Assembly (NCBI RefSeq): GCF_016433145.1
Contig: NC_058133.1
Location: forward strand, 251,297,442-251,361,441
Reading direction: 5' to 3'
Source: Gracilinanus agilis
Lineage: Eukaryota
DNA length: 64,000 nucleotides
Shown piece after piece: positions 61,183-64,000 of this stretch. Position 1 is the first letter of the stretch. Each line of letters opens with the position of its first letter. The translations under genes and the position numbers were made by a program. Under the pieces are notes generated by a model. It did no database searches and was not told the DNA's origin. It saw only the letters and a list, made by a program, of their open reading frames with translations.

Positions 61183-63201
61183 CTCTTGGTCATGGGTAGA
61201 GAGTTCATTGTCTGATTTTTAATCTGCAGTTAACTGATCCTCTTCCTTGATCCATCACCTCCTTCCCCACTCCCCACCCCTACTTTAGCTTTGGCAGTGC
61301 TGTGATCATCACCGTTGGCTGGGAATTGGGGGAGGTGGGGAGTTGGGATTCCTCAGAATCAGGAAAAGAATAGGCATAAGAGGTAAGAGGAACAAGAGTT
61401 CTTCTATTAGAGGAGAATAATTACATGAAGGGTTTAAACACTTTTCAAACCATTCTAGTCTATAGCCCATTTTCAGGCCAGTAGTGACCTATAAAGCCTA
61501 CACAATGTCAGATTTGGAGAGAACTTTTATCAGATCCATCTCCCTTGTATGGGGGGAAACAAGCTAAAAGTCACAGTAAAAAGCTAGTAAGAGGTAAAAC
61601 TAGGATTGAACCACAGATTTTAGAAGAACAAGTATTGTGTTTTTTCTTTTCTACCAGTGTATTGAGCCCACCTACCCTTTTTTATCTTTACATACACTGA
61701 GTCACATCTGGTTGAATTGATGAAGGGAAAGACAGGGAAAGAGAAACTGAAAACACACACCTCAGGGAAACCTATCTAATAATTTCAGAAAGTAGCAATT
61801 GAAAAGGAAAGAACAATGGACCAAGTGGTGAAGTGGATAGAGTGTTGGGCCTAGAGTCAGAAAGACCTGAGTCCAACAGCTGCATATACTAGCTTTGTGA
61901 CTGTGGGCAAGTCACTTAACCTCTGTGCCTCAATGTCATCATCTCTAAAATGGGGATAATAGTACTTTCCTCACATAGTAGGTCTTCCCTTCCCATCCTC
62001 ACATGGAGTATGGAGATAACCTGGGTCCAAAACTCACTTTCAACATTTATTAGCTGTGTGACCATAGAAAAGTCATTTAAGCCCTGATCTTCAATTTGCT
62101 CATCTGGATAGGGCCAGGAAATGGACTTGAGATTTTATTGGCTACCAAAACTCTTAAAAATATCAGTGCAGTTTGGCACTTTCTAAAACTGCTTAGTCTT
62201 AGTTGCCTAGAGCCCTGAGGTTAAGTGATTCACCCAGCAGTCACAGTTGTTGGTTACAGGTGGGTCTTCAACAAAGTTCTGAACAATTAGCAATTTCAGA
62301 ACAATTTAGCAATTGACTGTGCCACAATAGCTTTCTATCTCATTTACAAAACAGAGAAAACAGTATCTAAGTCAGAGGGTGGTAAGGATCAGAATTTTCA
62401 CATGCAATATAAATACCAGTTTACTTCACATGGACAGATCTATGCTTTTGACATCCTTTCCAGAGGTCCTATGATTCCATCAACTCTGCTTCCTCCCTCT
62501 TGGAGACCTGTTATCAGTCCTAAAATTTCTAGTAGAGGTTTAAAAGTGGGACTAATCCCCACGGGCTCCTTTTATAAGACATTGACCTTAGAAGAATAAC
62601 AATGGAGCTCTGGGCCCCTCCTCTGCCCATGTTCTCTCACCCTCATCTCCCCTTCCACCTGCTGTATATTCCCAGTATGTAGGAATATGGTAGATAAGTC
62701 TGAAAGTTCCAGAATCTGTGTGCCCAGAAGCACACTTTGGAGGTGATAATGCTTGGAGCTAAACTGTAAGTCAGTTTAGGATAAATCCACATATGAAATG
62801 AAGGGTGATGCCTCATCACAACACATTTCAGGTGATTCACCCAATTGCTAACGGGGGGTTCTTCCTGGAGTGAGTAGGGAAGCAATTGAATTCAGTAGGA
62901 GGAAGAGATTGAACTAAGTGAAGAAACTACATCTTTCCTGGTTGGGGAGACTGGTTTCCCAGATTCCCTCATTATTAAATCAATATCGTTTATCTCCTCA
63001 ACTCATCTGGGTTAACCTAACCTTCACTAATTCCCCCTCAGGCTCCTCCCCACTCCACCCCTTCCTATAAGCACACCTAGATTTGAAGCAGTTATCACTA
63101 GGTCTTCTCCATCTTTTGTCACTCAGCCAAAGTGACTTCTAGGAGTTGCCCCTTAGCCCCCCCCACAAATACCGACACAAACTTGGCTACCATTGAATAG
63201 A

Positions 63202-63207
63202 TTTAAT
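63202..63207 (-). terminator. Polyadenylation signal (ATTAAA) of the C17orf114-like gene
   Basis: ATTAAA on the minus strand 65 nt after the stop codon. Confidence 0.55.
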
Positions 63208-63271
63208 AAGAAGTGGTACATGTAGGGCCAGATTTGCCCACCACCTAGGAGTTGCGGATCCCCACCAGACT

Positions 63272-63998
<727 letters not shown>

Positions 63999-64000
63999 AT

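Overview
Marsupial genomic DNA, most likely the opossum Monodelphis or a close didelphid, judged from the abundant young SINE1_Mdo-type CORE-SINEs plus MAR1, MIR, L2 and marsupial L1. It is syntenic with human 17p13.2. Five complete spliced genes could be rebuilt by hand with GT-AG junctions and consistent phases: TM4SF5 (+, 5 exons, 194 aa), VMO1 (-, 3 exons, 207 aa), GLTPD2 (+, 4 exons, 287 aa), PSMB6 (+, 6 exons, 235 aa), and a 78-aa two-exon microprotein gene (-) that the ORF track misses and that matches my recollection of human C17orf114. The rest is transposon-rich: three solo LTRs, five hAT MITEs with TIRs and 8-bp TSDs, three L1 5' ends, and many SINEs with TSDs. There are three N gaps. 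No rRNA, tRNA or CRISPR features were seen. Best leads: the conserved uncharacterised microprotein; a GLTPD2 lacking the Arg residues equivalent to the CPTP phosphate-binding site; OC1-like hAT MITEs; and a PSMB6 promoter built from tandem duplications carrying ZNF143-like and ARE motifs. Comparisons to human proteins and repeat-family names are from memory, not database searches. Repeat boundaries without a stated TSD are approximate.
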